64,000 bases of DNA, taken from NCBI GenBank assembly GCA_964234715.1, contig OZ174282.1; one strand, written 5' to 3'. How positions within the stretch are numbered: position 1 is the stretch's first letter; every line of letters starts with the position of its first letter. This document shows positions 24,201-36,200 of this stretch, piece by piece. The stretch is from Podarcis melisellensis (taxonomy: Eukaryota). The position numbers were made by a program, and so were the translations under genes. The notes below the pieces were generated by a model. The model was not told the origin of the DNA and searched no databases. It saw only the letters and a list, made by a program, of their open reading frames with translations.

Positions 24201-27200
24201 CCATTACACAAATATCACCCCTTGGCCACTGAAAACCAAAGGCAGCTCAAACAAATACATTGCAGAGGAGGTAGCTCGGCCACTCTATTGCTTCAAAAAC
24301 AATAACAACTTTGGCTTAGTAAAGACCAACCAACTTTATTGTGGCATAAACTATTGTGGGCTAAGCCCCATTTCACCATATACCTGAAACTTTGTGTTAT
24401 CTCCCAAAGTAGGTACTGGCCTACAAAAAGTGATGCCATAATAAGTCTTTTGGTGATAAGATGCCACAAGATTCTTTATCCATGTGAATCAAAAGCAAGG
24501 AAGGTGCCTTAGATTTGTTTCATACACATGTTGCCTCCTACTCAGAGCTGGTCTTGTGTGTGTTGCTTGTCTCCAGTGATATTACAGTTACTGGCCAATA
24601 GGCACGCATGTCCTTCTGAGGGGGTAATAACATTGCTAGCACCTTTGCAAAGTTAAATAGAGTCCAGTATGGTTTCTAATTGGATGTGGGGGGCATGTGT
24701 TGGGATTTCTGCATTTCAAGGGTTTGGACTAGATGACCCTCGGTGTCCCTTCCAACTCTAGAATTCTAAAGCTTGAAGCAACAAACACCTGCAAAACTTG
24801 CTTGGCTGGAGCCAGCAATGAGACAAAAAACAATGCCTACCATTTTCGTCATCTTTGCCTGTGGTTCCAAGCGTTGTTCATCTTCACTTAGCCCTCAATG
24901 TGAACATGTCCCCTTTGTGTTCGTGTGTGTGTAACTCACAGCTCAGGGCTCTGGCCCCAGGGGAATGCCACCAAACCATGAGGAGCCTGCAGGTGCACTA
25001 TGATGATTTCTTGGAGGACAGCCGGGATTCGGAGCTCTTCTCTGTAACAGATCGGCTGCGCCTAGAGGAGGATGTGGACTCATGCAAGGAGCACTTCCAG
25101 CAGCTTTTGCAGTCAATGGAAAATGGTAAGCTGTCTGAGCCTAGGTTAGCTTTGCCAGCCTGGTGCCTCCTTCCTTCCATCAGCTCTGGGCTTGGTGAAG
25201 CCTGGCCTAGATGATTAATATTCTATGGGCTTTTAAAGGTGTTTGTGGGAGGTGAGGTTATGGTTTTGTTTTGGTTTTAACTATTTGTTTTGTGCTTCTA
25301 GCCCAGGGGTCAGCAAACTTTTTCAGGAGGGGGCCGGTCCACTGTGCCTCAGACCTTGTAGGGGGCCAGACCCACCCCCTCCTGAAAGCACACCCCCACA
25401 CCCCACCGATGCCACTCACGCCGACGATGCCTTGTCTTCGGCAATGTCGCCGTCCTCTGTCTTAGTGGGGCACAGAGCCCATGTCGCTGACCTGGGCGGC
25501 GGAGGCAACCTCCACGCTACTGCCGCTTCCTTCTCGCTCGGCTGCCTCAGCAGGGAGAAAGGGCGTCCAGACGCGTCCACGGCTTCTAATTGGCTGCAGG
25601 AGCTTCCTGTGTCTGTTTAGTGCGGGGACTGACTGAGCAGGCGGCAGGGTTCACAAGGTTTGCGGCCCTGATTAACGAGCCCGGTGGGCTGTATCTAGTC
25701 CGCGGGCCTTAGTTTGTCGACCTCTGTTCTAGCCTGTATTTTTATTTGTGAACTGCCCTGAGATCTTCTGATGAAGGGAATATTTGCAGTGTGAGAGATG
25801 GAAGGAACAATAACTGTTTCATTCAAGGGTGAATCTGGCCGCCAAATCAATGTTTTTTCTGGCCCCAGGAGCTCTCTCCTGTTTTGATCAAGATGTGGTA
25901 AACGTCTTGAAGGAAAGAAACATGTTTTTCCAATTTTGTCACTCTTTGGATCTTGCACATTAACTTGCCAGGTGTTTTACTTGACAGTAAAATAAACACA
26001 TGAGGGGCACTATAGGGATGAGCAGGCTAGCTGTACCCCTTGCAAAGTGGAGGCTCCCTACACATTTCATAACCCTGAAAATCAGGGATCTCAAATGTAC
26101 AGTCCTCTAAAGCAGATTCTAAGGTTTGGTTCATGACACTGCACTGTCCACTGTAACCATTAGTGATTCCCCCAGAGTCTCTTGCAGATCAAGGCCTTTA
26201 TTTCCCAACCCTGCTATCTTCTGAGGTCCTTTCTAATGGAAGATGCAAGGGACTGGGGCTGGATCTGTGGCCTTCTGCATGCAGAACATGGAGCTTCTAT
26301 TGAGCTTCCAAACAGCAGTAGCATTTGACCCACATCTGAGCACATGAAACAGCTGGAGGAAGATTTCAGTTATTTTGCTTTTGTTGTACATGTGTGAACA
26401 GAGGACAAAGATGAGACTGCTTCTCGGACATACCTCTCTGAGCTGAAGAATATTCGGCTTCACCTGGAGGAGTGTGAACAACGTCTGGTGGGCACCATCC
26501 GGACGCCAAGCAGCACAAGAACGGATGGGGACGCCCTGCAGGAAAACACTTTCCGGCTTGCTGAGCAGGAGGTTGGTGTTTTATAGTCTTCGGGGAATAT
26601 TCCAGATTTTGGACAGTATGACTGAAAAGTCCCTTCTTTGACTTGTTACATCCCCCAGCTTAGTTCTTGCCCCTGCGGACCGTTGCTGTGAAGGCAGATA
26701 TGTAGCATGAAAGGTCAGCATCTCTGCTCTTGCTCACTAACTCCTGTTGGTCTCTGCAGAGATTGAAGGAAGATTTGAATCACTTGAAGGACGACATGGA
26801 GCAACTTTCTGAGAGATGCACTATTTTCCTGCACAAGTCTCCAACGGGAACCAGCACCCCACACCTTCGTTCTGAACTTAACCTGCTAGTGGAAAAGATG
26901 GACCATGTCTACGGGCTCTCAACTATCTATCTGGACAAGTGAGTTCTTATAGCTGTCTTGTTATCAAGCCAAGAGAGGGAACCAGTTGTTGCTGTATGAT
27001 AGGAACATACACACAGACCATTGGTCCTTCTAGCTCAGTACTGACTCTGAACCTGAAAGCTTTTACATACAGAGTGTGTGCTCTGCTGTGGTTACTCTGT
27101 AAAATGTAGAGACCTTTTGGCTGTTAGCCTCCTAGTACATGAAGAGTGGTTTATGCAATCCCCTGGAATGCATTCGGTGGGGCTTATTCAGTCCCCTAGA

Positions 27201-30200
27201 ATCCAGTAATTTTTGGAGAATTCCCAGAGGAAATGACCACTTGATTCCATTTTCTCAAAGCCAGTTGCTTCAGTTGCTTCTGACTGGAAGAGTCTAGCAA
27301 CACTAGAATTCTGAGATCTATGTTGAGTTCAAGTGATGCAGATCTTAATTTTGTATGTACTTGCAGTGAAGGAGGGAGGCCAGGAGTGGCAGTCATTTTG
27401 GGAGCCCCTTAGGTTGTGATGACATCCACCCACTTGGCCAGATACAAGCATGCTGATGTGCCACCAAATAAAAGCTTGTCGTAGTTTCAGGAAGTGAAGT
27501 TTCCCTTTTTTTATCTGATAGGTTAAAGACTGTGGACGTCATCATTCGTAATACCCAAGGAGCTGAGTCTTTGGTCAAAGGGTATGAGGTTAAACTGAGC
27601 CAGGAGGAGGCTGTGCCTGCGGACCTAAGTGCCATTCAGTCTCACCGAGCCACATTACAGGTAAGCTTTTCCCTCCACCAGCTGGGTCCTCTGGGTGGGG
27701 AGATGCCTGTCTCGTGTGGCTGCAAATTCTTACTGTCCTGATGAAGCTTATTGCTGCCTGATGGTGAACAGCAAACAAAACAGCTGTGCCTTTCAGGCCA
27801 TGTTGCTCCTCAGGCTGATGCTGATAGCTCTTGGCAATGAGTCTGGCTTGTGCCAAGCTGATGAACACAGTATCTTGCATCTCCTGCCCTCTAGCGTCTG
27901 CCTGCTTCAACAGATGTACTTTGGATCTCCCAGCCATTCTGTGGGTGGACAAGAAGCCATTGTGTATTGAAGAAATGTACATACCCTCCTTGAGCCAAAT
28001 AGTTTTTTTTTAATCAAATACCTTTTAAGATCAGTAAATGAAGTTAGGTATTTACAAATGCATCAGCTTGAAACAAACAATGCAAACATCATTTTATTCC
28101 AGAGGTGACTAGCCTGTGGTCCTCCATATGTTGTTGGACTCTAGCTCCTATTAACCCTAGCCAGCATGGTCAGCAGTCAGGAATCAAGAGGAGTTGCAGT
28201 CCACCAACATCTGGAGGGCCACAGGTGTCCCACCCCTGTAACAATAAGCTGCAGTTAAATTTAAGGCCTGAAGGGAAAGACTTGGATTGGCAGTTATGTG
28301 AATTCAGTGACCAGGTACTGCTAAGTGAAGCCATGGTTTAGCACAAAGGTGCAAGTTTCCAGGGAGAATGCAGCTGCTTGGCTCTTCTTCTGGTCCTGCT
28401 GCTGCTGCCGGACTGATGTGAGTTTCACCATGGTTTGGCTTAGCATAACGTCTGAACCCAGGTTTGTGGTTTATCCCACAAGTGGTAAGTCGTAGAACAA
28501 CACTTGATTATGGATTTTGGATGTCTAGAGTGACATAAACCATGAGCTCAGGTTTAGGTGTAATGCTAAGCCCAACTGTGGCTTAGCTTATGGCAACATG
28601 GTGGTGGCAGGATTAGAGGAGGAGAAGAGTGACCACAATCACCTGTCCGGAGGCCCACAAGCTTGCCTGTTTTGGCTTAGCATTGTGTGTGAACTGAGTC
28701 AATGTCCTATTATTTTTATATGCTTGGCTTTGTAATCACTCTCTAGACAGATGTGGTATTTTTACTTCTTTTTAATGTGTGTTGATTGAAATGATTATGT
28801 ATTTATCATTTGAGCAATATAATAATGTGCCCCGAGTTCATTGAACAAAGAGTAGTATAAAACCTTAATAAATAAATATTCACAGCACTGCGAACCTAGT
28901 GCTCTTCAGACATTTTGCAGAACAGTTCCACACAGCCCCAGCCAACATGGCAGTGCTGGCTCGGGCTGATGGGAGTTGCGGTCCAAACACATCTGGGGGT
29001 CACCAGGTTGGTTAAGGCTGAGCTAGAGGATGGGTTCTTGCAGTCTGCCTATTCTTTATTTCAGTCATTCTCAATCAGCGCTTCTCTCTCTCTTTCTCCA
29101 TTTTTAATGCTGCAGCAATGGATCAGTGAAGTGAACGATAAGGGCAACGTCTTTGCTATGTTGGAAGATGACTTGGCAAGAGCTAAAGTTGTGACAGACC
29201 AGCTGTACCGTCTGAAGCAGGAGCGCAGTCCGGACCTGGAGCGCTACCAGGAGAAAGGGAGCCAACTCTGGGATCGCTGGCAGAGGGTCAGCCTACAGAT
29301 CGAGACTCGGTGAGAAGAACCACCTCTGGGCAACTGCTTTCTCACTGATAGGCTAATCCACACTTTTCTATTTGTTGCCCTCCAAATGTTTCAGACTGCA
29401 ACTGCCAGCTACTCCCTTTTTGTTTTTTGTACCCTGCTCTGGGATTCCTTGGGTAATAAATGATTTAAAATAAAGGAATATTAAAACAAAAGAGAGAAAA
29501 TAATGCCTACCCGTACCTCATATCTTACTGCTTTTGAGAAGGACATGAGCCAGTTCTTGCACAGGAGAACAGAGAAGGGTTCTGCAGAAGCTTTTGTTGC
29601 CGTTTCTGCAAGGCAGGAAGGGGTTAAAGAGTCTTGCAAGGAGTGAGGGTAGATGCCAGTGTTGCTGCTGTTACCAGATCAAAATATGGCTCTTGGTAAA
29701 GATTAGTTACCCAACATGGATTTGCCACTGGAATTGTAGGTTGTTTTAGTGCTCATCTAAAAGTTGTAAGTGCTAAATCTTGCTGGATTCTACCATTCCA
29801 GGTCTTTGGTAAACCATCCCAAATTGCGAGCCTCTACAGGGCAGGACCTATCCTCTTTTCTTTTCTTTTTTACTTTAGAAAATGCCATACACAGCAAAAC
29901 TGTTCTTACATCAAAGCAATATTGTTCATACAACTTCAGGCTCATAGTTTTATCTCACTCACATTTTCTCTTCCTCCTCTTCATCTCTTGACAGCCGATC
30001 AGAGCTAGAGAGTATTGAGGAAGTACTGAGTGATTACCGGAACTGTCATGGGGCACTAATCCAGTGGATTGAGGAGACCACAACGCAGCAGGAACTGATG
30101 AAACCTGGACAAGCGGAAGATAGCAGGGTCCTTTCAGAGCAACTCAGCCAGCAAATGGTAAGGCCCGGACGAAGCCACTGTTGCTTAAGCCATGGTCTGC

Positions 30201-33200
30201 TTAACAAATCACAGGTTAACTACAAGTTATTCTACCGATGATCAAACAAATCATGGCTCCAGAGTTTGTTTTCCAGCTGCTCTTGCCTCATGTCTTTGTA
30301 GCGTCTGAGGGTGGGAGTGACCAAACAAACCATGCTTAAGGAAGGGTGCTGGGTTTGTGCGTAATGCAAAGCCATAGTTAAAATTCATAAGCTTTAGGAT
30401 TCGTGGAGAACAAAGCAGTTAATAAATAGTTTATTAGTGACTGCTAGTAATAGAATCATAGAATTGGAAGGGACTACAAGTATCATCTAGTACAACCCCC
30501 TGGGATGCAGGAATCTTTCGCCCAAGAGCGGGACATGAACCCACAACCCTGGGATTAAGAGTCTCATGCTCTACTAACTGAGCTATTCCTCTGAATACCA
30601 GTTTCTGGGAATCTGTGTGGGAAGACAGCTGTTGCATTTGGGTCCTGCTTGCTGGCTTCCCAGATGCATCTGGGAAAGACTATGCTGGACTAGATGGATC
30701 TTTGACCTGATCCAACTGGTTGTCTCTTATGGCTTTTTGAAGGAAAAGAACCGTAAATTAGGAAGGCGGGGGTGTCCCTAGCTCAGTGACTGACTGATAA
30801 CTGTAGGGATGTTCTTGTTGGAATAATTAACTCAGTAATTAAGTGAAGTGTGTGGGCGGTGTGATGTGAATCTGTAGGAAAGAGAACACAGAGAGAACAA
30901 ACCTTCTTAGAGGGCAGATAAACCTTCCAGTTTGTCACCGTGATTTTAACATTGCTTTTCTCTTGCATTTAAGGCACTGTTTGCTGAAATAGAGGCAAAT
31001 CAAGCCAAACTGGACCAGTGTCAGAAACTATCTCAGCAATACTCAGCTGCTGTCAAGGTAATACGATTGCTGTTCTGACTGAGTCTGATGGGAATTGTAT
31101 CTGGAGAGCACCAGATTGGCAAAGGCGGATTTAGATGGTTATCTGAAATGCAAATGACCAAACCACAAGAGATATGTGGGTTCTTTAAAGTTATCCCATG
31201 AGTTCTGGGAGGATCTGATCAAAAGCCTTTTCAAAACCATCATTTTCTTTTTCTTTTCTTTTCTTTTTATTGTACAACTTAAGTGGTTAAAAATTGACAT
31301 AATTTGCAGAACTTGCAAATATGACAGCCAAAATAAGTAACCTGGACATAAACAGACAAAGGGCGAATGGAAAGCTTTGGGGGAGTATTAAAAAAAATGA
31401 TGCTAAAATCAGTTTGCAAGTATAGTCGTACCTTGGTTTTCGAACAGCTTAGTTCTCGAACATTTTGGCTCCCAAACGCCACAAACCTAGAAGTGAGTGT
31501 TCCAGTTTGAGAACTATTTTTGGAAGCCAGATGTCCGACAGGGCTTCTGTGGCTTCTGATTGGGTACAGGAGCTTTGGTTTATGAACATTTTGGAACTCG
31601 AAGAGACTTCTGGAATGTATTCCATTCAACTTCTAAGGTACGACTGTAGTGGTAATTACCGTATTGGCCTGAATATAAGCCGCAGTTTCCCTGCCAAATT
31701 CCAACTGTGAAAAGTTAAAGTGCAGCTTAAATTCGTGACCTTACAAAAATTGGGTTTTATATTGCTGCTGAAACAGACATATGGTGAAACGGAACAAAAA
31801 AATATTTTATTGCTGATTTGTGAGTTTGAGACTGTTCATTTGCCATTTATGGGTGTGAGTGCCTGTGGAATTGTAGCAATTGAATAGTGATTTGCGATTT
31901 TAGCAATTGTATGGTAACTTGCAAGATCAAAGGCTTAAATTGGCATGGAGTTACAATTCTACCAACCGCAGCAATTTTTAGCCTGTAACCCAATTTTAAA
32001 GGAGCAGCTTATATTCGGGTATTGTCTTTTTTTCCTCCCCCCCCCCACCATTTTAAAGGTGCGGCTTATTTGTGGGCCTATATTGGCCTATATTTGGGCC
32101 AATACGGCATATGAACAGCAGTCAACTACAACAATGGTCTAGAAGAGATAAAAGTAGGGTGGATAAATAAATGGAGATGCAGCAAATTTAGGTTTATTAT
32201 GAATGCCATGGAATGCTAGGTTGGGAAGTCTGTACAGAAATATTGTATGTGGGGGAAACAAGATGTGTGAACAGAAAAATGGAAAATGTAATAATAATAA
32301 TAAGAAGAAGAAGAAGAAGTATACAGAGAGAACACATTGGCCTAGTTCACATGTAATGCTAAGCCGAATCATAATTTAGCAGGTGGACTCCTGGGTAGGG
32401 GGGAGAACACAGGTCCTATGTCCCTCTGTAGTTGTTTGGCTGCTGTGCTGTATTTTGCTAAGCCATGGTTTGGCTTAGCATGTTGTCTGAACCTGGCTTG
32501 TGGTTTAGCTCTCCGCAGACAAACCTAGAACTTTAACTAATGTTTATCCTATGGTTTACAACTTGTGGTTTGTCCGGAGAGCTAAATCCAGTAGCCTGGT
32601 TTCAGATGACACATTAAGCCAAATCACAGCTTAGCTCAGCATAGCACAGCAGCAAAACAAACATGAAGTCTCAAAGCCACTGCGATCTCTGTGGGAGGCC
32701 TCATGTTTCCTCATTCATGCTAAGCCATGGTGTGGCTTTGCGTTACATGTGAACAAGGGCATTGCGTGGCATCTTTGGTTTATTTATTACTTCTTTTTCA
32801 AGAATGCCCTTCATCCCAAGGAATCTCTCCTATACACGCCTGCTCAATTTGCTTTAGGATTCTGTTTTTCATTTTCTGCTTTATGTGGCAGTACTAAATG
32901 TGGGGTTTGGGAACTGAACCCCCCATGTTTCCGTTTTTGCATTGTCAGGACTATGAGCTGCAGCTGATGACGTACCGTGCGTTTGTGGAATCTCAGCAGA
33001 AGTCCCCCGTGAAGCGCCGGCGCATGCTTTCCTCCTCTGATGCCGTCACACAGGAGGTGAGGGGCCTGGCCGCTGCTGGCTAGTGTATTCTCTAGGCTGG
33101 AAGTGGGGCAGGGGAGGCGAGGGCTTGCTCAGTTTCCTGAGTAGATGGACATGTGGCACTCCTGCCTCTCCTCCTGAACCCATGTGTAAAAGTTTCCACC

Positions 33201-36200
33201 CTCACTGTCTTTTCTGTCAGCCACAGAGGCTCTAAGCTCTAAGCATCAGGGTCTGGCATACGTAGACTTCTTGGAACCACGGGTTCAAATCCCTACAGGG
33301 ATCGACCCAGCTCTGCCACCTGCAAGGTAAATAAAGAGCACCATGCAGTTCGCTGTGTGTGGATCTTTTGGATGAGTCCAAGGGTGCTTCCAGATGGGTG
33401 TTTGGTTATCAGATTGGTGCTTCTCATGCATGCACAGTGTTTTTGCAGCATCCCCAAGACATTGTCAGCATCAAAATGCTAGCCTATATCCCCCTTTGCT
33501 CCCCCCCCCCTTTTGATCTGGATTTTTTATTTTAAAAAACCCTGTTGCCAACTACCTGTTTGCAAATTAAGCCCCTGTCTGGAAGCATCCAAAGGAAAAG
33601 AGCCAGCAAGAGAAATCTCAACTGGGTGTTGCTCCATATGGAAGCTTGGGGTGCTGAGCAAGTCGCCTCTTTGAGTTTATGCACTGAGTTTGTGTTGGGG
33701 GTGGCCCCAAGTGAGGTTTTTTGTTCTTTGCTTCCACCTTGATGAAACAGATTGGGGCTCTGCTTCTTAGAATCATAGAACTGTAGCGTTGGAAGGGATG
33801 CTGAGGGTCATCTAGTCCAACCCCCTGCAGTGCAGGAACCTTAAAAACCTGGCCTTTTCCCGCAGAGCTCAGAGCAAATTGTTCCCTGGTAGCCTTGCAC
33901 AGGACCACTTTACAAGGCTAGAATTCCTTAGCTTCAGCAGTCTTCCACACAGCCAGAGAAAGAGAGAGGGTGTCTTGGTCCTGCTGGCAGAACTGGGCTA
34001 TTTCAGGATATGGCTGTCTTCCTCACCCTAACATTTTGGGGAAAGAGATATACAGGAGAGAAGCATCCAGATTTCACATCCATGTGCAAGATGGCAGAGT
34101 TCTTCTTCCAGCTAGAAACCACCCTGGGATGGCTCTCAAAGTGGTCTTTCTTCCTTGACAAAGCAGAGAGGCTGTCTTCAGCATTTCTTCCTTCTCCTGT
34201 TCCGTATTTAACTGTTATTTTAAGATGCACACATGCTCTGTCTCCAAGATTGCTGCACTTCTCTGGCTCTGTAGAAATGTCCATCAGATTGTGCAGTGAG
34301 TGGGGGCATTTCCCTGTTCTCCAGAAGGAGAAAGGCTGCATGTTCGGAGCAAAGTGGGAAGTTGGATGCTCTGTCATTCATTGGCTTTAACAACCATGTT
34401 CTTTGTGGTGTTGTTTTTCTCTTGTGTTCTCTCTCCACCCCACCCTTCCAGTTCATGGACCTGCGCACACGCTACACAGCTCTGGTCACATTGACCACAC
34501 AGCACGTGAAGTACATCAGTGATGCTCTCCGGCGCCTGGAAGAGGAAGAAGTAAGTGGCTGCTCTGTGGTGTCTGCATCGTGAATTCATTGTGGCCCACT
34601 GGGGTTAGGCAGTGGGTTTTGCCGCATGTGATCTTGGGAGTTTTAGCCCCTTTCCTTTGAAGGCAATCAGGGCTGCAACAGTTAGAAGGGCTCTTTGGTT
34701 GGCATAGAGTCACAAAACCATCAGCTTCTTGCTAATACTTGCAGTCATTCCTTTCCCTGAACCTTATGTGAGGAGTTGTTCTTTTCTAACCATCTCTCTC
34801 CCTTCCCCTTCCTTAACCCAATATAGTTGTCATTTAGTTTTTTCCTCAAGGACCCACCACTTCTGTCTATGTATACTTTAGGCCCTTGCTTTTCAGTCCC
34901 CTGTCCAGAGATTTTCCCACTTAATCCCCCTCCCCCAAACTCCTGTGTTCACACATATCCATCTGCCTCCCCACCAACACCATATTCTTACATTGATGTA
35001 ACCTCCAACCAGGTTAACTTTCACTTCACCCACAGAATCTACACTGTGTCAGTGTTTTGTTCTTGATACATCTATCCCAAGCAAGTGAGAATGTTTGTGA
35101 GCATTCCGTGGCATAACAGCTTAGCTAATATCTAGCAAAGGCTTGCTGACATAGAGCCAGCACATATTCCATCTCTCTCTCTTTTCTTCTTGCAGAAAGT
35201 TGTGGAGGAGGAGAAGCAAGAGCATGTGGACAAAGTGAAGGAACTCCTGGGCTGGGTCATGGGTTTCAAACAGAGTGCACAGTTCAAAAGTGTCCCACCA
35301 AAGGGCAAAGAGCTTGGAGATATTGAGAAGTCCATCTTGGAGCAGCAGGTGCGTAAGGGCAGGGGTGCCTCTCACTTCCTTTGATCCTTTTCCAGTGTGT
35401 GTCAGCAATACCAGACTAAGCCTAGGTCAATCCTGCTGGGTTTATCTCTCTAGTGGGCAGTAGGACATCACCAGGTGGGTTGCTAACTCCTAGTCACTTG
35501 AAGAAGGCAGAAAACGTCTTCGTTTCCACCGGATGTGAGCTCCTCCACTTCCTCGGGGGCTCAGTTCATTTTCTGCTTTGCTTGAAGTTGGATTTATTTT
35601 TTCATTTTTGTTCTTCTGGCCTTAAGGAACAAACTGTTGTGTGAGTTTTTGCCTGAATAAACCTGTCTCCTTCTGGAAATAGTCACTGATTTTTGTCTTT
35701 CTCTCCCCCCCCCCCCTTCTCTCTCTGAAGCTGTTTTCTTCAGAAAGAATTATCTGCTTCAAATATTACTCCAAATGGAGGTTCATTCCTTTTACTAATT
35801 GGCTGGTTTCTTAAATCCCCAAATTAACTGACCTATTTTGAACTTCTGATAATTTTTTTAGACAAAAGCTGATTAATTCTGATACTGGGAACTAGTGATT
35901 TATTTGGATTTACTAGTCCAGTCTGTGTTGATCTGGTGCCCTCCAGATGTTTTGGACTATAACTCCTATCTGTTCCAGCCAACATTGCTGGGAAGGCTGC
36001 ATTGAGTCACTGGCCTTTGAGCTTCTTCCAGTGCTTGGACATGTGTCACTAGATCTTAGGGATGTGTCACCCTTCTTGCCCTTCTGAACATAGTACTCTC
36101 CTTCTTCTCATCAGGTTCTAAATGAGGAATTGGTTACAAAGCAGGAGCAAGTCTCGGAAGCTATCAAAACTGCTCAGATCTTCCTTGCAAAGCATGGACA

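Noticed and set aside
30519-30591. Functional tRNA-Lys gene
   Set aside because: Acceptor and T stems are disrupted, there is no Pol III terminator, and it is fused to a CR1 tail
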